Notes: a model not told the origin generated them from the letters alone. A stretch of DNA of 32,000 bases from Cupriavidus necator (GCF_016127575.1 NZ_CP066018.1:840001-872000); one strand, 5' to 3'. Counted from the first letter of the stretch, positions 17,380 through 26,084 are shown. Numbers and translations: made by a program.

Positions 17380-18006
17380 TTACTGGCCTGCCTTTACGGT
17401 CGTGTAGCTCGTGATCAGATTTCGATAATCAGGGATGTGATTCGAAAATAGCGTTCCAAGTCCCTCGATATCATTCCTCCAGTCGCGGTGCAGTTCGCAG
17501 GCGATACCAAACCACGTCATCAACTGTGCCCCAGCCTCTGCCATCCTGTTCCACGCCGAGTGGCGCGTTACTTCATTGAACGTACCCGATGCATCCGTGG
17601 CGACGAACACATCATAGCCTTCGGCCATCGCGGAAAGCGCTGGAAAGGCAACGCAGACCTCAGTGACCACGCCGGCAATTATCAACTGCTTCCTTCCCGT
17701 GGCCTTCACTGCTTTGACAAAGTCCTCGTTGTCCCACGCATTGATTTGTCCTGGCCGAGGAATGAAAGGTGCATCGGGAAAAATCTGCTTCAACTCCGGG
17801 ACCAGAGGGCCATTTGGTCCATCCTCGAAACTGGTGGTCAGAACGGTGGGGAGCTTGAAATACTTGGCAAGGTCTGCAACGGCCAGAACATTGTTCTTGA
17901 ACTTGTCTGGCTCGATATCGCGAACGAGGGAGAGAAGACCGGCCTGATGATCGACCAAGAGAACGGCTGCATCATTCTTGTCCAACCGCTTGTAGGGCTT
18001 GCTCAT
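17380..18006 (-). CDS. ycaC: Isochorismatase-family cysteine hydrolase, YcaC-like
   Basis: 208 aa, starting MSKPYKRLDKNDAAVLLVDHQAGLLSLVRDIEPDKFKNNV and containing ...IIAGVVTEVCVAFPAL. It matches my recollection of enterobacterial YcaC closely along its whole length. AAGGAG lies upstream. G+C is low: hand counts of two 60-nt lines gave 43% and 55%. Confidence 0.9.
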   Translation of the reverse strand: MSKPYKRLDKNDAAVLLVDHQAGLLSLVRDIEPDKFKNNVLAVADLAKYFKLPTVLTTSFEDGPNGPLVPELKQIFPDAPFIPRPGQINAWDNEDFVKAVKATGRKQLIIAGVVTEVCVAFPALSAMAEGYDVFVATDASGTFNEVTRHSAWNRMAEAGAQLMTWFGIACELHRDWRNDIEGLGTLFSNHIPDYRNLITSYTTVKAGQ

Positions 18007-18322
18007 GGCAATCTCCTTTGTAGCAGGATTGAGCCAAATTCGGCACTTTCTGTGGGTGACGGCGACTCACCGCCGACTCCTATTCTTGTCGATCGAACCA
18101 GAATTTGAAAGCCGGGGCGGCCGTGGATCTTTCCTCCGACTAACGGGGTATGATCATTTGTCCGTAGAGACGGCATGAACGGTCGTTGAATCGACACCCA
18201 GTCGATGGCGGAGATGGGTCGCAAACGGAAGTCTGTGGTTGCGGCAGGCCAGCGTTACATGCTCGCCCTTTCCGCCTCAGTCAGGCCAATCCTGACTTGC
18301 GAGTTTTCGGGCTTGGCGTCGG

Positions 18323-19378
18323 TCACCCCATCAATGCCTCGTTGGTCATGAGCACGATTTTGCCGGCCACGCCTTTCTCACCGAGCAACTCGTGCGCAAG
18401 TTTTGCCTCGCTAAGAGAGAATTTCCGAGCAATCAGCGGCTTGATTCTCTCTTGTTGAAGTAGGTCCAGCAGAACAGTCAAGTCCTGCCGGAACAATGCC
18501 GGTTTCATCCGCTTGAGCCATTGAATGCTGTAGGGGACCACCCGCTTCCGGCCCGGGAGGAGCCAGCCTCCAACAATGCACACACCGAAAATCGCAAGTC
18601 GCTGGAAGCGGTTACGACGCCCCGAGCGACCTGATGCCAGGCGTCCCCCACGTAGCGAGGCAGTAAGGCCATAGGCTACGACTTTCCCGCGGGGATGGAG
18701 AGCGTCGCGGGAACGCCAGATGTTGCTGCCGCCGATCCCGTCGAAGACGACGTCTACGCCGTCACCCGTCAGGCGGCGTATCTCTTCCACGAAATCAAGC
18801 CTTTGATAGTCAATGGGTATGCCGCCCAGGCCAGAAACCGCCATCGCATCTTGCGATGAACAGGTCCCGTACATTTGCAGCCCGGCGAGGCGCCCAAGCT
18901 GCAATAGTGCCGAGCCAACTCCGCCCGCCGCACCGTGAATCAAGACCTGCTGACCCGGCTCGACTTTGGCGCAGCGATGCAACATCTGGTACGCAGTAAC
19001 GTAGTTCAGTACGAGGCTGACAGCCTCGGCCACGTCCACTCCCGGAGGCACGGGAACCAGTTCGCGCTGAGCCAGACAGACGAACTCGGCGTATGCGCCG
19101 CTGATCGGCAAGGCTGCAATGATCTGACCGGGTTCAACCCCGGAGACCCCACTGCCTAGTTTGTCCACCATGCCGACCAGATCCCAACCGGGCGTAAAAG
19201 GCAGCGGGGGCGTTTCGGGGTGAAAGCCCTCGCGCATCATTAGGTCCGGTTGGCCCACACCGGCTGCCAGCACCCTCACCCGCACTTCGCCGACCTTGGG
19301 TTCGGGGCATTCCTCCTCCACTACGTGAAGCGCATCGGGCCCGCCGTAGTTGGTGACTATGATGCGCCTGTGTTTCAT
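18323..19378 (-). CDS. Medium-chain dehydrogenase/reductase (NADPH:quinone reductase / VAT-1-like)
   Basis: 351 aa with an ATG start. It has a GroES-like N-terminus (GEVRVRVLAAGVGQPDLMMREG) and the cofactor motif VLIHGAAGGVGSALLQLG. Confidence 0.85.
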   Translation of the reverse strand: MKHRRIIVTNYGGPDALHVVEEECPEPKVGEVRVRVLAAGVGQPDLMMREGFHPETPPLPFTPGWDLVGMVDKLGSGVSGVEPGQIIAALPISGAYAEFVCLAQRELVPVPPGVDVAEAVSLVLNYVTAYQMLHRCAKVEPGQQVLIHGAAGGVGSALLQLGRLAGLQMYGTCSSQDAMAVSGLGGIPIDYQRLDFVEEIRRLTGDGVDVVFDGIGGSNIWRSRDALHPRGKVVAYGLTASLRGGRLASGRSGRRNRFQRLAIFGVCIVGGWLLPGRKRVVPYSIQWLKRMKPALFRQDLTVLLDLLQQERIKPLIARKFSLSEAKLAHELLGEKGVAGKIVLMTNEALMG

Positions 19379-20079
19379 AGCGTTGGAGAGTATCCGTCTC
19401 GTACCACAACAACGTCGCAGATCGGCGACACTAGCGACAAAGCCTTGAGACTAGCGGCTCGTATGTACGCAGCCTCTGCATTAAAACTAGGTGCTATCTC
19501 GCCAGCGCGGTTGACCTAAGTCAACGGGGTTGGCCTTGACGATTCAGCCTACAGAATGCATTCCATCCGACGCACCAAAGAGCATCACTGATCTATCGAC
19601 GGACCAAGAATCTGCGTGCCGTTCAATTGTTTGTCGGCCATACCACTTGAGAGCACAGCGCGCTATCTTGGAGTGAGGTGCGTGGCCGGATAGCGGTCGC
19701 TTGCCGGCCTAGTAACTGCCAGTTTCTGCCATCCAACAGGTGGCACCCAACGGCGGAAGCTCCTTCTAATGTGGCCACTCGCGCGACCGCCCTGAGTTCG
19801 TCCCCAAAGCGTACGCCGCCAATACCGTTGAGGCGGGCGACTTGCGTGGACAAGCAAGAATTCAGGGCAAGCCAGGCCAATTCTGTCCTAATGGGTTTTT
19901 CAAAACGGTGCGAAGCGCCGTTCCCGACCTTGAAACGGTCGGTGATCCGCAGCAATTGGAACGCGCCGATGTCGGAGCGGGGACATCCAGGACTCGCTTT
20001 CTCTTGATCCGGCGCAAAGCAGCCACGGCCCTTCATGACTATTCACTATCCAAGTGCCAACCTTTCGGGGGAGCCGGCC

Positions 20080-21378
20080 ATGTACCCGATTGTCGAAACG
20101 CGTCTTGGCAAGGTGCGAGGCCTCCGCTGCGATGGCGTGTACGCGTTCAAGGGCATCCCATATGCTGGCCCACCGTTCGGCATGAACAGGCTGCGGCCGC
20201 CGCAATCCGCAGCACCCTGGCGTGGCGTGCGGGATGCGCTCTCGTTTGGGCCGAAATCGCCACAGATTGCGTACCCGCCCGGCATCGCGGAGGCACTCGG
20301 AGAACTCGTTGGCGGCGGCGAGGATTGCCTCGGCGACGGTCTCGCCAATCTCGGACTACTTGACCAGATCGCCGCGCTCGAGTGGGTGCAGCAGAACATT
20401 GATGCATTTGGCGGGGACCCAGGTCAGGTCACTATTTTTGGGCAGTCGGCCGGCGGGATGAGCGTCGCAACCCTCCTTACCGTGCCACGCGCGCAAGGGT
20501 TGTTTCGGCGGGCAATCGTGGAAAGCGGAAACACACCCCATGTCACTTCGGCCAACACGGCGAAACGCATTGGCCACAGGCTGGCGGCGCTCCTGAAGGT
20601 CGATCCCACCAGGGAGGCGATTGCCTCAACCACGCCCGCGCAGGTTCTGCAGGCACAGGCGCAATTGCGCGAGGAACTGACTGCCGATCCGGACCCGGCT
20701 TTCTGGGGGGAGGTTGCGCTTAGCAGCCTCCCGTGGGCGCCTACGGTCGATGGAGCAATTCTTCCTGCCCCCCCAATCGACGCCATTCGCGCGGGCGTGG
20801 CCGCGAACACAGCACTGTTGGTCGGTTCGAATACCAAGGAGACCCGGCTCTTCCTGGTCCCCAGCGGAGCCATAGATCGCATTACCGAGGCCTCCGTCCT
20901 GGCGCTGGTGGCCGCGTACGGCCTGTCGGCCGGAGGCCTGAGCGGCTACCGCGCAGCACATCCCACGGCCACCGCTGGTGAGCTGTTCTCGGAAATCCAG
21001 ACGGATTGGTACTGGCGCATCCCTGCCGTTCGACTCGCAGACGCCCACGCGGCGAATGCCCGGATTTCGACGTACATGTATGAGTTCGCGTGGCGTTCGC
21101 CTCAGTTGGGAGGTCGTCTGGGCGCGGCGCATGGGGTGGAGATACCATTCATCTTCGATACTTTGGGCCCCGGAGCAGAGGCGCTGGTCGGCCCAACACC
21201 GCCACAGTCGCTCGCCGACGCGATGCACCGGGCCTGGGTTGCGTTCGCCGTCAACGGCGATTGCGGCTGGCCCACCTACGATCCGGTCCACAGGTCAACG
21301 ATGCGCTTCGACACGCCGTCTGCCGTGGTAGACGACCCGTTGGCCGTGAGGCTTGCCCTCTGGCACGGCGTGCCTTAG
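20080..21378 (+). CDS. Type-B carboxylesterase (PnbA-like) lacking the oxyanion-hole segment (in-frame deletion; activity doubtful)
   Basis: It retains IPYAGPPFG, GEDCL, NLGLLDQIAALEWVQQNIDAFGGDP and FGQSAGG (Ser codon 20446-20448). GEDCL is joined almost directly to NLGLLDQ, so about 60-70 aa are absent relative to B. subtilis PnbA as I recall it, including the HGG motif. GGGGGAG lies before the ATG at 20080; the track ORF starts at 20035. Confidence 0.8.
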   Translation: MYPIVETRLGKVRGLRCDGVYAFKGIPYAGPPFGMNRLRPPQSAAPWRGVRDALSFGPKSPQIAYPPGIAEALGELVGGGEDCLGDGLANLGLLDQIAALEWVQQNIDAFGGDPGQVTIFGQSAGGMSVATLLTVPRAQGLFRRAIVESGNTPHVTSANTAKRIGHRLAALLKVDPTREAIASTTPAQVLQAQAQLREELTADPDPAFWGEVALSSLPWAPTVDGAILPAPPIDAIRAGVAANTALLVGSNTKETRLFLVPSGAIDRITEASVLALVAAYGLSAGGLSGYRAAHPTATAGELFSEIQTDWYWRIPAVRLADAHAANARISTYMYEFAWRSPQLGGRLGAAHGVEIPFIFDTLGPGAEALVGPTPPQSLADAMHRAWVAFAVNGDCGWPTYDPVHRSTMRFDTPSAVVDDPLAVRLALWHGVP

Positions 21379-21419
21379 TGCGTCGTACCGCTGGCCTTCC
21401 GAACAGCTCCACCCGCAAC

Positions 21420-22001
21420 ATGTCCAAGCGCATCGTGATCATCCAGGGGCATCCAGACCCATCGGGCCAGCGCTTGCTGCATGCGCTGGCGGACGCCTAC
21501 GCTCAAGGCGCGACCACGGCAGGACACGGCGTACGGCGCATCGAGGTGGCGAAGCTCGACTTCCCGCTGCTTCGCACGCAGGCTGAGTTCGAGACTGGCA
21601 CACTGCCTCCTGCATTGGAGCAGCCAAGGGAGGACATGCGCTGGGCGGAGCATTGGGTTTTCCTGTTTCCGCTATGGCACGGAACCATGCCGGCGCTATT
21701 CAAGGGTTTTCTCGAACACATCTTTCGGCCCGGATTTGCCATGGATTACAAGGAGAAAGGGTTCCCCAGACGACTGCTCGCCGGCCGCTCGGCACGCATC
21801 ATCGTGACCATGGGAATGCCGGCGCTGCTGTATCGCTGGTACTTTGGCGCATACGGAGTCCGCGGCTTCGAGCGCAGTATGCTGAGTTTCGCCGGGATCA
21901 AGCCGATCCGCGAGAACCTGTATGGGCTTACCTTTGCCAACGAGAGGACACGTACCCGGTGGCTGGAAAACATGCGTGCACATGGTGCGCACGGGAACTG
22001 A
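21420..22001 (+). CDS. Flavodoxin-like-fold NAD(P)H-dependent (quinone) oxidoreductase
   Basis: I trimmed the start to MSKRIVIIQGHPDPSGQRLLHALADAY (ATG 21420), a Flavodoxin_2-type N-terminus. The motif FLFPLWHGTMPALFKGFLEHIF is present. It starts 41 bp downstream of the esterase on the same strand. Confidence 0.85.
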   Translation: MSKRIVIIQGHPDPSGQRLLHALADAYAQGATTAGHGVRRIEVAKLDFPLLRTQAEFETGTLPPALEQPREDMRWAEHWVFLFPLWHGTMPALFKGFLEHIFRPGFAMDYKEKGFPRRLLAGRSARIIVTMGMPALLYRWYFGAYGVRGFERSMLSFAGIKPIRENLYGLTFANERTRTRWLENMRAHGAHGN

Positions 22002-22316
22002 CCGGAACTCGGCAGACACATGCGCGCTCCTGGGCGGTTGCCGTCGTTGTGGTGGCTCCCTGCCACCGTCCGTTCATCGGCCAAACAGGCCCTTCGCCTT
22101 CGGGAGTCTGAATGGCTCAGAAGGGTCGGTGGCCTAAACCGCTCGCGCGGTAACCCTCCGGCCATCAAGAGACGGTCGCCAACCGAAGCCCAAGGGCTGT
22201 TGTGCGGCCATCACGGTCACTGATAACCCACGGCTGAGATGCCGAGTATGGCGGCTTCGCGAAGCGATGGGCGAGGACTCGCCGCTTAGGGAGGATTTGT
22301 TGGTTGTGACGAACTT

Positions 22317-23102
22317 CTACCGACTGATGCCGTCAACGACTGATGCTAGCCCCCTTTGGAGCAGGGACCAGTCCATACCGATGACGACCGCGCGGTAGCC
22401 GCGTGCGATCATGGCATTTGCCAGGTCGGTAGTCGGCGCGACGCCGCCGAGCAAAACCCGGCTCTTTAGAATTGGGGTCTCAAGTTGTGCGATTACCGCT
22501 TGCACCTCGGGGAGGTCCGTCCGCCCCCGGTATCCCATGCTGGTGGCAAGGTCCCCGGGACCGATGAAAACAAGGTCAAGTCCGGGCGTTGCGACAATGT
22601 CTTCAATATTGCCAATGGCATCGACGTGTTCAATCGTGCCAATGGCAAGCACCTCGCCATCTGCGCAATCCAGATATTCGCGCATGGTTAGACCCCATCG
22701 CGGCGGGGCATAGAACGGGCCCCAGAAGCGATCTCCTTCGGGCGGGTAGCGGACAGCCCGCACTGCCGCCTCTGCAGCGGCCCGGGTCGTCGTCATCGGA
22801 AAGCAGACCCCCAAAGCGCCGAGGTCAAGAGGGACCTTGGCCTGCCACGCATTGGTTGCCGCAACCCGGACCAGCGGCACGAGCGGGGTGCCGGAAGTCG
22901 CGCAAATCATCGCGTGAGCAGTGCCGGCATCGATTGCGCCGTGCTCCATGTCGATGAGGACCCAATCGAGACCGGCATGAGCCATGATCTGGATGGTCTG
23001 AACCGAAGGTATGGTCGCGATGGCGCCAAGCGTTGCTTGGCCATTTCGCCACATCGATTTCAGCCGGTTGATTCCTTTGGCGGCAGGGACGGTAGTTGTC
23101 AT
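22317..23102 (-). CDS. HpcH/HpaI-family aldolase
   Basis: I trimmed the start to MTTTVPAAKGINRLKSMWRNGQATLGAI (ATG 23102, AGGAG upstream). Family motifs present are DWVLIDMEHG, PLVRV and FIGPGDL. Confidence 0.85.
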   Translation of the reverse strand: MTTTVPAAKGINRLKSMWRNGQATLGAIATIPSVQTIQIMAHAGLDWVLIDMEHGAIDAGTAHAMICATSGTPLVPLVRVAATNAWQAKVPLDLGALGVCFPMTTTRAAAEAAVRAVRYPPEGDRFWGPFYAPPRWGLTMREYLDCADGEVLAIGTIEHVDAIGNIEDIVATPGLDLVFIGPGDLATSMGYRGRTDLPEVQAVIAQLETPILKSRVLLGGVAPTTDLANAMIARGYRAVVIGMDWSLLQRGLASVVDGISR

Positions 23103-23557
23103 GATGGCTCCTGGGCACGGGCGCCATCGTAGTCTATGCATCTCGTGCCGGCCTTGCCAAGGAGACCTGTTGGGTCAAAAGCTGATGTAGAGGAAAGCTG
23201 CAGTTTCCGCGAAAGGGTGGCGTCGGATATGGGCCCGCAGATTCTGCCGTTCAGCGCGTTGCCTCGAACGCCTCTTTGGGGTCGCCTTCTGTCCTATGTG
23301 GATCGGTGCAGGACGAGCACTCGGCTGTGTTCAGCGTCGGGCCGTAGTCGGCCAATTTGAGTCAGTCATCCCAACATTTTGGGTGACCGCGTCGGCCGAT
23401 TCACGGCCCTTCGCGAATTACCAAGCTTCGGCCGGTGTCGGGCCATGATGTGACATTCGTCCACGCCAGCGCGTCGAACGTCCAAGCGTCGCTTCTCGCT
23501 TCCAGGCGGCCGTAGTGGGTGCGGCGAGTCAACCCGGTTCCTGGACCGGCACGCCCG

Positions 23558-23653
23558 TCAACTGTTGAGTCGCACGCCCGCTACAGACCACCCACAGTCG
23601 GCAGGAATGATGGCGCCGGTAACATAGGCTGCAGCCTCGAAGGCCGGAAACAA
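23558..23653 (-). pseudogene. Remnant of a short-chain dehydrogenase/reductase C-terminus
   Basis: The minus-strand translation is LFPAFEAAAYVTGAIIPADCGWSVAGVRLNS*, which resembles the SDR C-terminal signature (..ASYVTG..I.VDGG..). There is no upstream SDR body. Confidence 0.35.
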
Positions 23654-23753
23654 GCGTTTGCCTGATAAAGATAGTGAACCTCGGACGAGACAGTATGGCG
23701 CGAGTCATGTCATGCCGTGCCCTCAACACACGCGCAGGCCGGTCGCAGCCCGC

Positions 23754-25280
23754 CTACAGCACCGTACCCCCCGGCGCCGGCGGCACCGCAGCCGCCTGCC
23801 ACCCCCCGCCCAAGGCCTTGAATGCCGCGATGGCCGCGCGGGCTGACTGCGCTTCGGCCTGCGCCTTCGCATCGGATGTCTTCAGCAGGTTCTCGTCGGC
23901 GAGCAGCACCTCGATCAGGCGGACAACGCCCTTCTCGTAGGCCGCGAACGACGAATTCCGCGCCTGCCGGAGCGCCTGTTCCCCACGTTCAAGGGCATTG
24001 GTCTGTTCCTCGCGCTTGACCAGCGCCGTGAAGGCATTCTCGACATCCTCCGACGCATGCAGCACGGCCAGTCGATAGCCCGCCAGCGCCTCGGCCTCCT
24101 GCCCCTTCGCTTGGTCGATCTGCGCCCCGATGCGCCCGAAGTCGAACAGTCGCCAGCGCAGCCCGGCCACGCCGGCAGCCTGGTTGGCACTGGCCGAGAA
24201 CAGGTTGCCGCTGGCCACGGTCGTCGCGCTGCCCAGCAGCCCGCTGAGCGAGACCTTCGGGTAGTACTCGGCGATGGCCGCGCCGATGCGGGCATTCGAC
24301 GCCGCCAGCCGGCGTTCCGCCACGATCAGGTCGGGGCGCCGCCGCAGCAAGTCGGCGGGCGTGCCGGTGGCTTCGATCCGCGGCGCGGCCGGGATCGCCT
24401 TGATGTCGGCGAGTTCGGCGCGGTAGGTGCCCGGCTGGCTGCCGAGCAGCACGTCCATCGCGTTCAGCGCGGCGTCGAGTCCGGCTTCGAGTTCCGGAAT
24501 GGTGGCCTCCACCTGCGCGAGGGCACCTTCCGCCTGCTGCACCTCCAGCGCGGCGGCCAGTCCCTTGGCGTAGAGCAGCCTGACGGTCGAGACCAGCTTC
24601 TGCTGCGTATCCACCTGCTGCCGCGCGATCGACAGCCGGGCCTGCAGGCCACGGATGGTCACGTAGGTGTCGGCGGCCTGTGCCGCCACCTCCACGCGGG
24701 TGGCAGCCAGCCCGGCCTCCGACGCCTGATACTCCGCCTGCGACGCCTCGCGCTCCCGCCGCAGGCCGCCGAAGATGTCGATCTCCCAACTTGCGGTGAG
24801 GTCGGCCTCGTACAGGCTGCCATGCCGGTCGAAGTTTGGCGTTGCATTCAGCACCCGGCCCAGCGGCGTCTCCAGGGACTGGTACTGCTTCGCGGCCTGG
24901 GCGCTGACGGCGCCCGAGGGCAGTAGCGCGGCCGTGGCGAAGCGCAGTCCGGCCCCGGCCTGCGTGACCCGGGCGGAGGCGACCGCCAGGTTGAGGTTCT
25001 GGTCGAGCGCCAGCCGCACGAAGCGCGTCAGTTGGGGGTCGCCAAACCCTTCCCACCAGACTTCGAGATCCGCCCGGGTGGCGGCCCGGCGCTGCTCCAC
25101 GTCGCGTTGCCCGAGGAAGCGGTCGGCGGTGGGCACCTCGGGCTTGCGGTAGTCGGGGCCGACGGCACAGCCGGCGAGCGCCGCCAGAGCAGTCACGGCG
25201 GCAACGAGGCCGGACAGGTGAGTGAGCGATCGGGAACGGGAAGGGAGGCGTCGGGAATGCATGGGCTGCCGGAATAACAT
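23754..25280 (-). CDS. RND efflux outer-membrane factor lipoprotein (NodT/OprM family)
   Basis: It has the lipobox ALAG|CAVGPDY and the typical OMF coiled-coil repeats. The start is uncertain: 25310, 25280 or 25262. The 25310 start would overlap the TetR-type operator at 25303-25326. Confidence 0.85.
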   Translation of the reverse strand: MLFRQPMHSRRLPSRSRSLTHLSGLVAAVTALAALAGCAVGPDYRKPEVPTADRFLGQRDVEQRRAATRADLEVWWEGFGDPQLTRFVRLALDQNLNLAVASARVTQAGAGLRFATAALLPSGAVSAQAAKQYQSLETPLGRVLNATPNFDRHGSLYEADLTASWEIDIFGGLRREREASQAEYQASEAGLAATRVEVAAQAADTYVTIRGLQARLSIARQQVDTQQKLVSTVRLLYAKGLAAALEVQQAEGALAQVEATIPELEAGLDAALNAMDVLLGSQPGTYRAELADIKAIPAAPRIEATGTPADLLRRRPDLIVAERRLAASNARIGAAIAEYYPKVSLSGLLGSATTVASGNLFSASANQAAGVAGLRWRLFDFGRIGAQIDQAKGQEAEALAGYRLAVLHASEDVENAFTALVKREEQTNALERGEQALRQARNSSFAAYEKGVVRLIEVLLADENLLKTSDAKAQAEAQSARAAIAAFKALGGGWQAAAVPPAPGGTVL

Positions 25281-25302
25281 GGTCGAACTTTTTTCGTGAC
25301 TT

Positions 25303-25326
25303 GTGACCATAATACAAACTGGTCAC
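25303..25326. promoter_or_regulatory. TetR-type operator candidate GTGACCA-N10-TGGTCAC (site 1)
   Basis: Perfect 7-bp inverted arms with a 10-nt spacer, in the OMF/tetR divergent region. An identical arm and spacing architecture recurs at 26023-26046. Confidence 0.65.
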
Positions 25327-25363
25327 TCTTTGTCAATGACGATTCAACGTGTAAGCTCACGAC

Positions 25364-25981
25364 ATGACCGATACCCAACCCACCACTCCCCAGCCGCGCG
25401 GTCCCGTGGACCACGGCGTGCGCAACCAAATCGTGGAGGCGGCCACCGAGCACTTCAGCCTCTACGGATATGAAAAGACCACGGTGTCCGACCTGGCCAA
25501 GGCCATCGGATTCTCGAAGGCCTACGTCTACAAGTTCTTCGACTCTAAGCAGGCAATCGGCGAGGTCATCTGCTGCAACTGCCTCAACCAGATGCGGCAG
25601 GCCGTGGACGAGGCGGTGGCCGGCGCCGACTCGGCCTCCGAGCGGCTGCGACGCCTCTTCGGCACGCTGGCGGAGGCTGGCAGCCGGCTTTTCTTCCAGG
25701 ACCGCAAGCTGTACGCCATTGCCGTGGTGGCCTGCGAGGAACAGTGGGCTTCGGCCCGCGCCTACGATGCCCATATGCAGCAACTGATCCTGCAGATCGT
25801 GCGCGAGGGGCGCGAGTCGGGTGAGTTCGAGCGCAAGACGCCGCTCGACGAAACGGCTCACGCCATCTACCTCGTGATGAAGCCCTACCTCGACCCGCTA
25901 CAGCTCCAGCACAACCTTGACTTCGTCGAAGTGGCGCCGGCGCAGCTCAGCAGCCTGATCCTGCGCAGCCTGGCACCCTGA
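25364..25981 (+). CDS. TetR/AcrR-family transcriptional regulator
   Basis: N-terminal HTH (IVEAATEHFSLYGYEKTTVSDLAKAIGFSKAYVYKFF). It is 205 aa and lies between the OMF gene and the MFP-RND genes. Confidence 0.9.
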   Translation: MTDTQPTTPQPRGPVDHGVRNQIVEAATEHFSLYGYEKTTVSDLAKAIGFSKAYVYKFFDSKQAIGEVICCNCLNQMRQAVDEAVAGADSASERLRRLFGTLAEAGSRLFFQDRKLYAIAVVACEEQWASARAYDAHMQQLILQIVREGRESGEFERKTPLDETAHAIYLVMKPYLDPLQLQHNLDFVEVAPAQLSSLILRSLAP

Positions 25982-26022
25982 TCCCTCCGAGTGTGCGCAG
26001 GTCCTCGGGCGCGAAAATGAGA

Positions 26023-26046
26023 GTGACCATTGACTAAATTGGTCAC
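26023..26046. promoter_or_regulatory. TetR-type operator candidate GTGACCA-N10-TGGTCAC (site 2)
   Basis: Perfect 7-bp arms with a 10-nt spacer, located 39 bp upstream of the MFP start (26085). Confidence 0.65.
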
Positions 26047-26084
26047 TGTTACTACAGTGAAGGCCATCTGTATGGAGGGCCCTC

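Noticed and set aside
18268-18312. The hairpin AGTCAGG-CCAAT-CCTGACT followed by GAGTTTT on the plus strand, between the ycaC-like and MDR genes.
   Set aside because: Its orientation would terminate a plus-strand transcript, but no plus-strand gene lies upstream. On the minus strand it lacks a U-tract. Evidence is insufficient for a terminator or an sRNA.
26071-26083. The 13-nt exact repeat TATGGAGGGCCCT at 26071-26083 (the RBS region of the MFP gene) and at 30447-30459 (the sodB terminator stem).
   Set aside because: A single 13-mer coincidence is within chance expectation for all pairs in a GC-biased 32-kb window. The two contexts are already explained as an RBS and a terminator.
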